Positions 8,508 to 18,620 of a stretch of 64,000 nucleotides of DNA are shown here, in pieces. This DNA is from an uncultured Gammaproteobacteria bacterium (GTDB lineage: Bacteria > Patescibacteriota > Patescibacteriia > UBA1558 > GWA2-36-10). The notes beneath the pieces were generated by a model that did no database searches, had not been told where the DNA came from, and saw only the letters and a program-made list of their open reading frames with translations. The stretch spans positions 16,013-80,012 of the forward strand of contig CAZEWH010000003.1 in NCBI GenBank assembly GCA_964515785.1, written 5' to 3'. The translations under genes and the position numbers were made by a program. Positions within the stretch are counted from its first letter, which is position 1, and each line of letters starts with the position of its first letter.

Positions 8508-9503
8508 ATGGATTATATTATTGTAATTATTTTAGTTTTGTTATCAGGATTATTTTCTGGCCTGACTCTAGGACTCTTGAGCCTCGACAAAAACGAACTC
8601 AATCGCAAAATTTCACTTGGTAATAAACAAGCTAAAAAAGTCTATGCAGTACGAAAGCGGGGCAATCTCCTGCTCTGCACTTTATTACTCGGTAATGTAG
8701 CTGTGAATTCTACTTTAGCGATTTTCCTAGGTGATATTGCTAGCGGCGTAGTAGCTGGTTTGATAGCTACAGGCTTGATTGTTATCTTTGGTGAGATCAT
8801 ACCACAGGCCACTTTTGCTCGCTACGCTCTAGAGGTTGGTGCTCGCACAGCCTGGCTAGTCCGTATATTTATGATAATCCTCTTTCCAGTATGTTGGCCG
8901 ATTGCCTGGATCTTGGACAAGACCCTAGGTGAAGAAATGCCAACTGTTTATTCCAAAAAAGAATTGATGAAAATTGTCGAAGAACATGAAGGATCTAAAG
9001 AGTCTGATGTGGATGCTGATGAAGAAAGAATTATCAAAGGTGCTCTATCTTTTTCTCATAAAACAGCAGAACAGATCATGACTCCTCGCACAGTTGTCTA
9101 TGCTCTGCCTCATGATGCTATATTAAATAAAAGATTACTTAATAAAATAAAAAAAGAAGGATTTACTAGGATTCCAATTTATAAAGAAAAAATAGATAAT
9201 ACTATTGGTGTGCTTTATGTCAAAGATTTGATCAATATCAGGACAAACACCAAGATTGAAAAAGTCTACCGCAAAGAAAAAACCCTAGCCATCCAAAAAT
9301 CTATGAAACTAGACAACTTACTTCAAACTTTTATAAAATCGAAAAAACATATGGCCTTTGTTCAAGATGAATATAAGGGCCTGGAAGGTGTTGTCACCCT
9401 AGAAGATATCCTCGAAGAAATTATTAGACAAGAAATTGTCGATGAAACAGATCGAGTAGTTAATTTACAAAAAAAAGCGCGTGCCAAGGAAAAGAAAAAA
9501 TAG
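8508..9503 (+). CDS. CNNM/CorC-family transporter (DUF21 + CBS pair + CorC_HlyC)
   Basis: N-terminal multi-TM DUF21-like region, central CBS-like region, C-terminal VTLEDILEEIIRQEIVDETD typical of CorC/HlyC transporter-associated domain. Confidence 0.7.
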   Translation: MDYIIVIILVLLSGLFSGLTLGLLSLDKNELNRKISLGNKQAKKVYAVRKRGNLLLCTLLLGNVAVNSTLAIFLGDIASGVVAGLIATGLIVIFGEIIPQATFARYALEVGARTAWLVRIFMIILFPVCWPIAWILDKTLGEEMPTVYSKKELMKIVEEHEGSKESDVDADEERIIKGALSFSHKTAEQIMTPRTVVYALPHDAILNKRLLNKIKKEGFTRIPIYKEKIDNTIGVLYVKDLINIRTNTKIEKVYRKEKTLAIQKSMKLDNLLQTFIKSKKHMAFVQDEYKGLEGVVTLEDILEEIIRQEIVDETDRVVNLQKKARAKEKKK

Positions 9504-9579
9504 ATTTTTCTTTTTTCAAAAAATATTGTATAATGTAGGTAGCTAATAAATATACAAATAAAAAACTAAAAATAAAAAT

Positions 9580-10554
9580 ATGAAACCTTTTTACAGAAAA
9601 ATATACCCTCGATCTTGGAAAACAGTCAAAAACAATTTTTCTTTATTGTTTTTTGGTCTATTTGCTTCGATTCTGGGTTTTCAAGAAATGACAATTATCT
9701 TTAATTTTAACGAATTAGAGGCTGACTTCTTGAGCGCTACTATCATGTCTTTATACGAATGGATCAGTATAATAGCCATGACTCAAATAACTTGGGCTAA
9801 TGTCCCAGCTATCCTAAACCTTGTACTAATCTTTATTATTTTTGCTGCTATTATTATTTTGGCAATATCTTCACAAGGTGCTTTGATCTCTGCAGCAGTT
9901 GATGCCACTAGTAAAAGCAAAAAAACAATTAGTACTTATTTTTCCAAACATTTCCAAATTGGTTTAGAAAAATTTTGGTCATTACTTGGCCTTAATATAG
10001 TAAATATCTTGATTGGTTACTTCTTTGTTAAACTAATTATTCAACCATTAATTTATTTTATTGTTGTTAGTAATACTGGTCCTGGTCTTTACCTATTATT
10101 GTCTATAATAATCTTCTTTATTCTTGTACCACTAGTAGTAATTATCTCTTTTGTTACACGCTACGGAGCAGCTTATATTATTTTGAAAAACCAAAACTTT
10201 AGTAAAGCTTTTGTAAACGGTTGGAATCTATTTAAAGCCAATTGGTTGATTACTATAGAAAATGCAGTATTGTTGATTTTGATTACTTTTGTCTTCTTTT
10301 TACTAATGATATCAGCAATGGTCTTTGTCTTTACTCCATTTTTGATTCTTAGCTTTTTGATAGCAGCTAATACTCTAATTTATTGGCTAATCATATTGAT
10401 AGGCTCTTTACTAGCTGTTATCATTTTTATCCTAGCTGGTGGTATGTTTGGTGCCTATTATAATATAACCTGGGCTAATATCTGGATTCAATTAACTGCT
10501 AAAGGTAAAAGTCACAGTAAAATCCAACGAGCTACTAAAAAATATTTACCCTAA
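9580..10554 (+). CDS. polytopic membrane protein, unknown function
   Basis: 324 aa, about 6-8 hydrophobic helices, AT-rich native composition. Confidence 0.5.
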   Translation: MKPFYRKIYPRSWKTVKNNFSLLFFGLFASILGFQEMTIIFNFNELEADFLSATIMSLYEWISIIAMTQITWANVPAILNLVLIFIIFAAIIILAISSQGALISAAVDATSKSKKTISTYFSKHFQIGLEKFWSLLGLNIVNILIGYFFVKLIIQPLIYFIVVSNTGPGLYLLLSIIIFFILVPLVVIISFVTRYGAAYIILKNQNFSKAFVNGWNLFKANWLITIENAVLLILITFVFFLLMISAMVFVFTPFLILSFLIAANTLIYWLIILIGSLLAVIIFILAGGMFGAYYNITWANIWIQLTAKGKSHSKIQRATKKYLP

Positions 10555-10565
10555 ATAATATTTCC

Positions 10566-10591
10566 TGCCCCGCCTTTGGCGGGGTTTTTTG
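10566..10591 (+). terminator. rho-independent terminator
   Basis: CCCCGCC-TTTG-GCGGGG hairpin + TTTTTTG. Confidence 0.65.
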
Positions 10592-10653
10592 ATTGACTTT
10601 AAAGACTAGTAAAAGTATAATTATCTATATATTGATACTTAATTGTATAAAAC

Positions 10654-12393
10654 ATGTCTGACAAATCAAAATTATCCATAAGCTCTGGAAAAAGTAAACA
10701 AAAATTGTCTTCAAAGCTTTCTGAATTGGAAATAAAAGAAAAAGAAAGACAGACCGAGGAACAAGCTACCAAAGATGGCTTGTCTTATATCAATCTTCAT
10801 AAATTTCCTATTTCACAATCAGCTGTAAAAATGATTCCACGTGATAAAGCTGAATCTCTACAAACCATTTGTATTTTGTATAGCGGAGAAGAATTACGCC
10901 TAGCTTCATTGAATCCACGTAACCCACAAGTATCCAAATTGGGAAAAGAACTCGGCGATAGATATCATGCTAATGTAAAAATATACTTAACCTCAAAATA
11001 CAGCTTTGAACAAGCTTTAGAAATCTACAAAACTATTCCTATTATTACCCAAATGGAAGGAGTTAGTATTTCAGAAGAAGATCTAAATAAATTTGATGAA
11101 AAACTACAAAATTTTAAGGGCTTGGAAAAATTAATTGAAGAAACTGGCCTAACAGAATCAATCAATTTGATCATGGCTGCTGGTCTAAAATTTGATGCTT
11201 CAGATGTACATATTGAAGCTGAAGCTGAAACTGTCAAAGTCAGACTTAGAATTGATGGAGTATTACATGAAACAGCCGTCTTACCAAAAGAAGCCTGGAA
11301 TAAAATTGCTTCTCGTATCAAATTATTATCTGGTCTTAAAATAAATGTTACTGATAAACCACAAGATGGTCGTTTTGCCATTAAACTTAGTACAGAAGAA
11401 ATAGATGTTAGGGTATCGTTTATTCCTTCCAATTATGGCGAAAGTATTGTCATGCGTTTATTACGTTCTTCTAGTATCGGTCTAGAATTTGAAAAACTGG
11501 GCCTACGCGGCAAAGCCTATAATGATTTACTCAATGAATTTTCAAAACCAAACGGTATGATTTTGACGACTGGTCCGACTGGCTCTGGTAAAACTACTAC
11601 TCTTTATGCCATTTTAAATAAACTCAACCAAGAAGACACAAAAATAATTACTTTAGAAGATCCAATTGAATATAAATTACCAGGTATTATCCAAAGTCAA
11701 GTTGATACTGGTGAAGCTGGAGCCGATGTCGCTCCTGCTGCCGCTACTACTATAGTCAAACCAAGTGTTCGTTATACTTTTGCCAAAGGCTTGAGAGCTA
11801 TTTTGCGTCAAGATCCTGATATTGTGATGGTTGGTGAAATTCGAGACCTAGAAACAGCTGATACAGCTATAAATGCAGCTTTGACTGGTCATTTATTACT
11901 ATCTACCTTACATACCAATTCAGCTGCTGGTGCTATACCCCGCTTTTTAGCTATGGGAGTCAAACCATTTTTACTAGCCCCTTCACTCAATGCTATCATT
12001 GGTCAGCGTCTAGCTCGCCGTCTTTGCCAAAAATGTAAAGTAGAAGATAAAAAAGTAGATAATAAAACTATGACTCTGGTCATGAATACTCTAAATGAAA
12101 TCGATGCTAGTTCTGGTCATAAACTCAATGATCTATCTGATCTTAAATTTTTCAAAGCTAAGGGCTGTAAAGAATGTCATGATCTAGGATATAAAGGACG
12201 GGTTGGTATTTATGAAATTTTTACAATGAGTCCAGAGATAGAAAAAATGATCCTGAGTGGTAAAGTTTCAGAATATGAAATAGAAAAAACCGCTATCAAA
12301 GGCGGCATGATTACTATGATGCAGGATGGATTTTTGAAAGCACTCGATGGATTGACTTCTATCGAAGAAGTACTCAAAGAAGTCAAAGCTTAG
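10654..12393 (+). CDS. pilB: type IV pilus / type II secretion assembly ATPase (PilB/GspE family)
   Basis: Walker A GPTGSGKTTT; Asp box/Walker B LRQDPDIVMVGEIRD; His box; tetracysteine C-x2-C...C-x2-C zinc motif near C-terminus. Confidence 0.85.
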   Translation: MSDKSKLSISSGKSKQKLSSKLSELEIKEKERQTEEQATKDGLSYINLHKFPISQSAVKMIPRDKAESLQTICILYSGEELRLASLNPRNPQVSKLGKELGDRYHANVKIYLTSKYSFEQALEIYKTIPIITQMEGVSISEEDLNKFDEKLQNFKGLEKLIEETGLTESINLIMAAGLKFDASDVHIEAEAETVKVRLRIDGVLHETAVLPKEAWNKIASRIKLLSGLKINVTDKPQDGRFAIKLSTEEIDVRVSFIPSNYGESIVMRLLRSSSIGLEFEKLGLRGKAYNDLLNEFSKPNGMILTTGPTGSGKTTTLYAILNKLNQEDTKIITLEDPIEYKLPGIIQSQVDTGEAGADVAPAAATTIVKPSVRYTFAKGLRAILRQDPDIVMVGEIRDLETADTAINAALTGHLLLSTLHTNSAAGAIPRFLAMGVKPFLLAPSLNAIIGQRLARRLCQKCKVEDKKVDNKTMTLVMNTLNEIDASSGHKLNDLSDLKFFKAKGCKECHDLGYKGRVGIYEIFTMSPEIEKMILSGKVSEYEIEKTAIKGGMITMMQDGFLKALDGLTSIEEVLKEVKA

Positions 12394-12402
12394 ACTAATT
12401 AT

Positions 12403-12431
12403 AAAACCCCGCCGTTGGCGGGGCTTTTTTA
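12403..12431. terminator. bidirectional terminator between pilB and valS
   Basis: CCCCGCC-GTTG-GCGGGG hairpin with A-run before and T-run after. Confidence 0.7.
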
Positions 12432-14951
12432 TTTCAACTTATTTTTAGCTTCAATTAAATTTTGTTTATTTTGCTCTATCACTTGTGGTGGAGCATTTTT
12501 GATAAACTTTTTATTAGCTAACTTTGCTTCTAAAGATTTTACATATTTGGCTAGATCAGCTTTTTCTTTATCTGACATAGCTTTAGTTAAATTAATCCAA
12601 CCACTAGTCTGATTGATAGTAAATTTTTTGGCTCTGCTAATTTCTGTAACTAAATTCACACGACATAATTTAGATATATTTTCTAAGTCTTGTTTAGAAA
12701 ACAATTTACTTTCTAATTTACAATCTGGTAAATCTTTAGGAGGGATCTTATTATCAGCTTTTAAATTTCTGATCTTAGTGACCAAATTTTTTAGTTCAGA
12801 AAAATCCTTAATAGCTTTATTGTCTGCTTTACTAGCTGGTGGCCACTTGTCTATCAACAATAAATTTTTAGAGCCAAATTCTTGCCAAATAACTTCTGTG
12901 ATAAAAGGCGTAAATGGATGCCAAAGAATTAATAATCTTTCTAAGATATATAATAATATCTTGTCTTTGCCTTTTTCTAATTTAGCAATTTCCAGATACC
13001 AATCGGCCAATTTTGCCCAGGTAAATTCATAAAGCTTTTCACCAGCTTGAGAAAATCTATAATTATCAAGATCTTGGGTAATTTCTTGAACCAAGTTATC
13101 AAACTCAGCCAATATCCACTTATCAGCTAAAGTACTTGGCTTTGGTCTAGTTTTGACTATCTCTATTTTATTTACTGTAGTAAAAATAAATCTAGAAATA
13201 TTCCAAAGTTTATTTACAAAATTTCTATAGCCAGCAATTTTTTCTTCATAAAGGTTTAAATCAGCCCCTGGTGATGAACCAATTACTAATGATAACCTCA
13301 AAGCATCAGTACCAAATTTATTGATCATATCTAGAGGATCTATACCATTACCTAAAGACTTGGACATCTTGCGACCTTGCTTGTCACGGATCATACCATG
13401 CAGATAAACAGTTTCAAATGGCTTGTCATCCAATAAATATTCAGACATCAGTATCATACGAGCTACCCAGAAAAACAAAATATCATAACCAGTCTCCATC
13501 ACGCTGGTCGGATGAAAATTTTTGAAATCTGTAGTCTTATCAGGCCAACCTAAAGTTGAAAAAGTCCATAAAGAAGAAGAAAACCAAGTATCAAGAGTAT
13601 CTGGGTCTTGCTTCCAACCCCCACCTGTTGGTTTATCTAGGCTAACTTTTATTTTATTGCCCTTGTACCAAACAGGTATCCTATGTCCCCACCAGATTTG
13701 TCTAGAAATACACCAATCATGCAAATTATTCATCCAGTGATAATATGTTTTTTTAAATCTATCAGGTAATATTTCAATATCGCCTTTTTTAACAACTTCA
13801 GTAGATAGTTGTTTAAGGGTTTTGTTACGACCTGGTATTTTTTTGTCTACTGCTACAAACCATTGCTCAGAAGTAAGTGGCTCAATAGCTGTACCACAAC
13901 GATAACAAACTGATAAATTATGTACATAATTTTCATCAATTTTTTCTACTAGGTCTTTTTTCTTTAAAATCTCTACAACTTTTTGGCGGGCATCTTTGAC
14001 TGGCAAACCAGCCATATCACCGGCTGCTGAAGTTAACTTACCATCTTTGTCTATAATCTGTTCTATTTCTAGATTATGCTTTTGAGCTAATTCAAAATCA
14101 GCAAAACTATGAGCTGGTGTGATTGTCATAGCACCACTACCCATTTCCATGTCAGCAATTGGATCAGCAATTACTTTGGCCTTGATCTTACCATTGATCC
14201 ATTCAACATCAAATTCTTTGCCAATTATGTTTTTGTATCTTTTGTCTTTAGGATGAACTATGATGACTTTATCAGAAAACTTTGTCTCTGGACGAGCCGT
14301 ACCAATCACTACTGGACCATATTTAAAATAATAAAATGGACTTTTCTGTTCTTTGTATTCAACCTCGTCATCAGCCAGGGTCGAAGCACAGCGTGGACAC
14401 CAATTTACTATGCGATTACCTCTATATATCAAACCATCTTTGTACATTTTGATAAAAGCTTGATTGACTGCATGAGATAAACCATCATCAAAAGTATATC
14501 TTTCTCGAGACCAGTCACAGCTAGCTCCCATCTTACGAATCTGATTACGGATAGTATCTTGGCTTTCGGCTACATATTTTTTGACTCGTGACAAAAACTT
14601 GACTCTGCCTAGTGTGTGTCGGTCAGTACCTTCATCGGCTAATATTTTTTCTACTTTGGTCTGAGTAGCGATCGCTGCATGATCAGTCCCTGGCAACCAT
14701 AAAGTCTGATATCCCTGCAAACGCTTGTAGCGAATCATCAAATCCTCATAAGCCATAGTCGAAGCATGGCCAAGATGCAAAATGCCGGTCGCATTGGGAG
14801 GCGGCATGGAAATAGTAAAAGTCTTGCTTGTTTTTTTGAGATTATCAGGATTAAAAAAACCAGACTGTTCCCACAGCTGATAGATATTGTCTTCATAAGA
14901 AGCCGGTATATATGCTTTTGGTAATTCTTTTTTACTCATTCTAATCATCAA
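12429..14951 (-). CDS. valS: valyl-tRNA synthetase
   Basis: HIGH motif PPPNATGILHLGHA, KMSKS motif KMSKSLGN, 840 aa; true start may be the internal MSKKELPK Met (14936). Confidence 0.9.
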   Translation of the reverse strand: MMIRMSKKELPKAYIPASYEDNIYQLWEQSGFFNPDNLKKTSKTFTISMPPPNATGILHLGHASTMAYEDLMIRYKRLQGYQTLWLPGTDHAAIATQTKVEKILADEGTDRHTLGRVKFLSRVKKYVAESQDTIRNQIRKMGASCDWSRERYTFDDGLSHAVNQAFIKMYKDGLIYRGNRIVNWCPRCASTLADDEVEYKEQKSPFYYFKYGPVVIGTARPETKFSDKVIIVHPKDKRYKNIIGKEFDVEWINGKIKAKVIADPIADMEMGSGAMTITPAHSFADFELAQKHNLEIEQIIDKDGKLTSAAGDMAGLPVKDARQKVVEILKKKDLVEKIDENYVHNLSVCYRCGTAIEPLTSEQWFVAVDKKIPGRNKTLKQLSTEVVKKGDIEILPDRFKKTYYHWMNNLHDWCISRQIWWGHRIPVWYKGNKIKVSLDKPTGGGWKQDPDTLDTWFSSSLWTFSTLGWPDKTTDFKNFHPTSVMETGYDILFFWVARMILMSEYLLDDKPFETVYLHGMIRDKQGRKMSKSLGNGIDPLDMINKFGTDALRLSLVIGSSPGADLNLYEEKIAGYRNFVNKLWNISRFIFTTVNKIEIVKTRPKPSTLADKWILAEFDNLVQEITQDLDNYRFSQAGEKLYEFTWAKLADWYLEIAKLEKGKDKILLYILERLLILWHPFTPFITEVIWQEFGSKNLLLIDKWPPASKADNKAIKDFSELKNLVTKIRNLKADNKIPPKDLPDCKLESKLFSKQDLENISKLCRVNLVTEISRAKKFTINQTSGWINLTKAMSDKEKADLAKYVKSLEAKLANKKFIKNAPPQVIEQNKQNLIEAKNKLK

Positions 14952-15363
14952 TTACTATACGACGTTTGGTGTCATTGATATAGTCAAATTTAACATTTAT
15001 AGTATTAGTTGGCAAATTGCTTATTTTGTCAGCCCATTCTATAACAATCACAGCATCCTCTGCTAAAAAATCACTCAAGCCAATATCTTTGAGGTCCTCG
15101 ACTCCATCAAGTCTATAACAATCAGTATGCACAAATTGTTTTATACCATTGTGTTTGATTTCATATACTTTCATCAATACAAAAGTCGGACTAGTGATCT
15201 CTTCTTTGATGCCTAGAGCTGTAGCAAGTGCTTTGACAAAAATTGTCTTACCTACACCCAAATTTCCAGACAAAGCAATCACTTCTCCACCCCTTAATTT
15301 ATCAGCTAAAATTTTAGCTATTTTACCAGTTTCTTCTATATTATTAGTAACAAATTCTTGCAT
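14941..15363 (-). CDS. tsaE: tRNA t6A biosynthesis ATPase TsaE (YjeE)
   Basis: P-loop GNLGVGKT, about 140 aa, adjacent to tsaD. Confidence 0.7.
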   Translation of the reverse strand: MQEFVTNNIEETGKIAKILADKLRGGEVIALSGNLGVGKTIFVKALATALGIKEEITSPTFVLMKVYEIKHNGIKQFVHTDCYRLDGVEDLKDIGLSDFLAEDAVIVIEWADKISNLPTNTINVKFDYINDTKRRIVIDD

Positions 15364-15396
15364 AAATTTTTATTTTTATTGTTAAGTAATTATAAG

Positions 15397-16440
15397 TTAT
15401 TTCTCAGTTAATTGCCAATTGGCTTTTGGCTGCATTGACATTAAATCTTGTTTTTTAAATACTTGCCCAGAGTTGGCAACTTGATAATAAGCTGCAGCAG
15501 CTATCATGGCTGCATTGTCCCCAGTAAATTTTAGATCTGGATAAAATAATGGCAACTTATATTGATCAGCTTTAGTTTGTAAAGCTTGACGTAGAGCATT
15601 ATTAGCTGATACTCCTCCGGCTATCATGATAGATTTGACACCAAACTCACCTGCTGCTCTCATAGTCTTGTGTATTAAGACATCTATGACTGCTGTCTGA
15701 AAACTATCACACATGTTTTTTATTTCTTTGGTATCTACATCACCTTCTTTTTCTAAAGCATAGAGTACGGCAGTTTTAAGACCAGCCAAACTAAAATCAT
15801 AATCTTTATTATTTATCATAGGGCGAGGAAGTTTGTAAGCTGTATGATCTCCACCTTGAGCTAAGTCACTGACTATTGGACCACCAGGATATCCTAATTC
15901 CATGAGCTTGGCTACTTTATCAAAAGCTTCACCTACTGCGTCATCCAAAGTCTTGCCTAATAATTTGTATTGTCCATGCCCAGTCATGAGTATTAATTCT
16001 GTATGCCCACCTGAGACTATTAATACTAAAACAGGAAAATATTTCTTATCATCTTTTACTAACTTATCATGACCAAGCCAGTTAGAGTATATATGCCCTT
16101 CTATATGATTGACTGGCACAAGTGGCAAATTATTAGCAAAAGCCAAAGTCTTGGCTACTGTAGTACCAAGCAACAAAGAAGTGATCAAGCCTGGCCCTTG
16201 CGTGACTGCTATATAATCTATTTTCTTAAAGTCTTTTGGTTTAATAGTGCTATCCAATAAAGGCATAATAGTTTCTAGATGCTTGCGTGCTGCTACTTCT
16301 GGTACTACTCCGCCGTATTGTTTATGAATGTCTATTTGGGAATAAATCTGATTTTTTTCTAATTTTAAACTACCTTGTTTAGCAGACAACAAGGCAATAG
16401 CTGTTTCATCACAAGATGTTTCTATAGCAAGTATTTTCAT
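15397..16440 (-). CDS. tsaD: tRNA N6-adenosine threonylcarbamoyltransferase TsaD (Kae1/Gcp family)
   Basis: MKILAIETSCDETAIAL N-terminus (start taken at this Met rather than ORF start 16479), ASKH-fold motifs, HTELIL. Confidence 0.85.
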   Translation of the reverse strand: MKILAIETSCDETAIALLSAKQGSLKLEKNQIYSQIDIHKQYGGVVPEVAARKHLETIMPLLDSTIKPKDFKKIDYIAVTQGPGLITSLLLGTTVAKTLAFANNLPLVPVNHIEGHIYSNWLGHDKLVKDDKKYFPVLVLIVSGGHTELILMTGHGQYKLLGKTLDDAVGEAFDKVAKLMELGYPGGPIVSDLAQGGDHTAYKLPRPMINNKDYDFSLAGLKTAVLYALEKEGDVDTKEIKNMCDSFQTAVIDVLIHKTMRAAGEFGVKSIMIAGGVSANNALRQALQTKADQYKLPLFYPDLKFTGDNAAMIAAAAYYQVANSGQVFKKQDLMSMQPKANWQLTEK

Positions 16441-16544
16441 AGCTATATTATAGCAGAAATCTTGACAAAATATAATCAAAATGTTAAGTTGAGTTGTTTT
16501 TCGTAGTACACTTCAACCTTAAAGAAAAAAGGCAAGGTAAATAA

Positions 16545-17234
16545 ATGAATAATCGTACTGGTATTCTGGTCCATGGCTGTCACGTACAAGCCGAGGACTG
16601 GGAACGCATTGTCTGGGGTGAACCACCCTATCAGTTAGGTCGTATCCCCGCAGCCGTGTTACTGGCTATCAAAACTGAAGCCAGAATGATCATCTTTGGC
16701 ACTGGTGCCTCTCAAACTCCTGAGGGTATCAAAGAAGGTCAGGCTACTCTCAATCTCTTGAAAGAGCGTTGGGATAATCTGTGTGACTTCATAGACCTGG
16801 AAGAAAAGTACCAAGGAGGTGGCTGGCCTAATAAGGAAAACTTCCTCGATATTTGTGTTGCTGAGATCGAATCTCAAAACACTGTCGATGAAGTCCGTAA
16901 CGCTGGTCAAATCTTCGCAGATGCTGGCATTGACAGAATCTGTCTGGTCTCCAGCCCGACTCATTTGTCACGTTGCCTGCTCAACGCCATGCAAGTTTTT
17001 GGCAAGACTCCGGAACTTCAGCATCTGATGCGTGGACTGTTTGCTCATCCGAGTGACACCTGCTATGCTGGAGCGACTACCGATGACATCGTGGTCCTTG
17101 AGCCAAATCACCGCGGTGATATTGAGCCGACTAGTCCTCAGCTCAACGAATTAGTTCCTCGATTCTTTGGACTCCAAGACAAACAAAGCTTTGTCGAAGA
17201 TTTTGAAGCTCTGTTGCGTAAACACGGCGCTTAA
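16545..17234 (+). CDS. DUF218 (YdcF/SanA-like) domain protein, GC-rich (island E)
   Basis: E..NT.DE.RNA...LVSSP.HL.RC pattern matches DUF218 signature; GC-rich; hairpin terminator 17244-17270. Confidence 0.4.
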   Translation: MNNRTGILVHGCHVQAEDWERIVWGEPPYQLGRIPAAVLLAIKTEARMIIFGTGASQTPEGIKEGQATLNLLKERWDNLCDFIDLEEKYQGGGWPNKENFLDICVAEIESQNTVDEVRNAGQIFADAGIDRICLVSSPTHLSRCLLNAMQVFGKTPELQHLMRGLFAHPSDTCYAGATTDDIVVLEPNHRGDIEPTSPQLNELVPRFFGLQDKQSFVEDFEALLRKHGA

Positions 17235-17300
17235 ATCTTCAAAGACTCTCAGAATTTTGAGAGTCTTTTTCTTTTATGTAAAATATGCTTAGATATAATT

Positions 17301-17921
17301 ATGCCCAGAAAAAAATTAATAAAATTCAAAGAATTAAACAAACTAACTAATACTATTCAGTTTGACCAGCCAGATATCAAAAATAGACTAGCTAATTTTG
17401 TAGTTGATCAAGATATTATTTTAGAACTAGCTTGTGGTAAGGCTGAATATGCTAATGAGTTAGCTAAAAAATATCCAGATAAAATAGTCATTGCCATAGA
17501 TATCCAAGGCGAACGCTTATGGCATGGCGCCAAACAAGCTCAAGATAATAATATAAATAATATTTTATTTCTAAGAGCTCAAATAAAAAATATAGAACAA
17601 TATTTTAAGCCAAATTCTGTAGCAGAAATATGGATTACTTTTCCTGATCCTTTTCCTCGAAAAAGCCAAATCAAAAAAAGATTGACTAGTCCTAGATTTT
17701 TAAAGATTTATAAAAATATTTTGAAACCTAATAATTTACTTCATCTCAAAACTGACGATGAAAAATTATATAATTATTCTATAAAGTCTATTCAAGATTT
17801 TAACGGCAAAATTATTAGTAAACAGCAAGATAGCTTATTAGATACACAAAGCTATTTTGAAAAAAAGCATTTAGCTAATAATAAAAAAATATATTACTTG
17901 AGATTTAGTTTAACCCCCTAA
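17301..17921 (+). CDS. trmB: tRNA (guanine-N7)-methyltransferase
   Basis: SAM motif LELACGKAEY; signature FPDPFPRKSQIKKR. Confidence 0.75.
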   Translation: MPRKKLIKFKELNKLTNTIQFDQPDIKNRLANFVVDQDIILELACGKAEYANELAKKYPDKIVIAIDIQGERLWHGAKQAQDNNINNILFLRAQIKNIEQYFKPNSVAEIWITFPDPFPRKSQIKKRLTSPRFLKIYKNILKPNNLLHLKTDDEKLYNYSIKSIQDFNGKIISKQQDSLLDTQSYFEKKHLANNKKIYYLRFSLTP

Positions 17922-18012
17922 ATCCCCCTTGTCAGGGGGACTTGATGAACATAGAACAATATTAGTTAATTAGTTCCTCTCCTGACAAGGGGAGGTCAGG
18001 AGGGGTTAAATA
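17911..18012. repeat. three-stem GC-clamped intergenic element (family member 1), overlaps trmB stop
   Basis: outer stem AACCCC...GGGGTT enclosing hairpins TCCCCC-TTGTCA-GGGGGA and CCTCTCC-TGACAA-GGGGAGG. Confidence 0.4.
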
Positions 18013-18016
18013 AAAA

Positions 18017-18036
18017 ACCAGTCTTGTGTGACTGGT
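18017..18036 (-). terminator. terminator hairpin for ORF 18046-18450
   Basis: ACCAGTC-TTGTGTG-ACTGGT with T-run on minus strand. Confidence 0.5.
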
Positions 18037-18045
18037 TTTAATGTG

Positions 18046-18450
18046 CTATTTCTTCTTGGTCTTGGACGAAGCAAGACGACTGCCTACATAGTTTTGCAAG
18101 GCCTGGAGATATTGCAAATGTTCTGTGCGCAACCTAGGACTAAGCAATTTGTCTTGAAGTTGAGACACGCCACCAAACTTGACCAGGGCTTGAGCACTTA
18201 GATCAAGAAGATCGCCATCATAACCCTTATGAGGATATTGCAATAGGGTTTCAATGCACTGCTGATATGCTTTTTTGGGAATATGCCCTCTAAGCATGAG
18301 AAGAACAGCAATGCGCGTTGGCCAATCACAAGGGTGACGAATTATCATGGCCTCAATTTTTTCGAGAAAAGCAGTCTCTCTACCACCAGTAAACATTTTG
18401 ATTAACAACTCATGCAAAGGCGGACATTCGGCTCCTGGCTTATTAGACAT
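18046..18450 (-). CDS. hypothetical protein, GC-rich ORFan (island F)
   Basis: 134 aa; GGAGG 6 nt upstream; TTGACA-17-TAAAAT promoter on minus strand; no motif. Confidence 0.5.
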   Translation of the reverse strand: MSNKPGAECPPLHELLIKMFTGGRETAFLEKIEAMIIRHPCDWPTRIAVLLMLRGHIPKKAYQQCIETLLQYPHKGYDGDLLDLSAQALVKFGGVSQLQDKLLSPRLRTEHLQYLQALQNYVGSRLASSKTKKK

Positions 18451-18583
18451 TAGAATCCTCCTATATTAAATGAACGCTTTAGTTGGAAATAAACACTTAT
18501 TTTTATCAAATATACATTAACTTGTCAATTAGTGCTTAAATGCTATATTAAAAACACGTGGCTCATGTAGTGAGCTTTACGTG

Positions 18584-18612
18584 TTGACAATTTGCTATAA
18601 ATATGCTATAAT
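18584..18612 (+). promoter_or_regulatory. consensus sigma70-type promoter (TTGACA-17-TATAAT) for secreted-protein gene; inverted repeat ACACGTG...CACGTGT just upstream
   Basis: exact -35 and -10 hexamers with 17-nt spacer, 9 nt before ATG region. Confidence 0.5.
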
Positions 18613-18620
18613 ATCTAATT

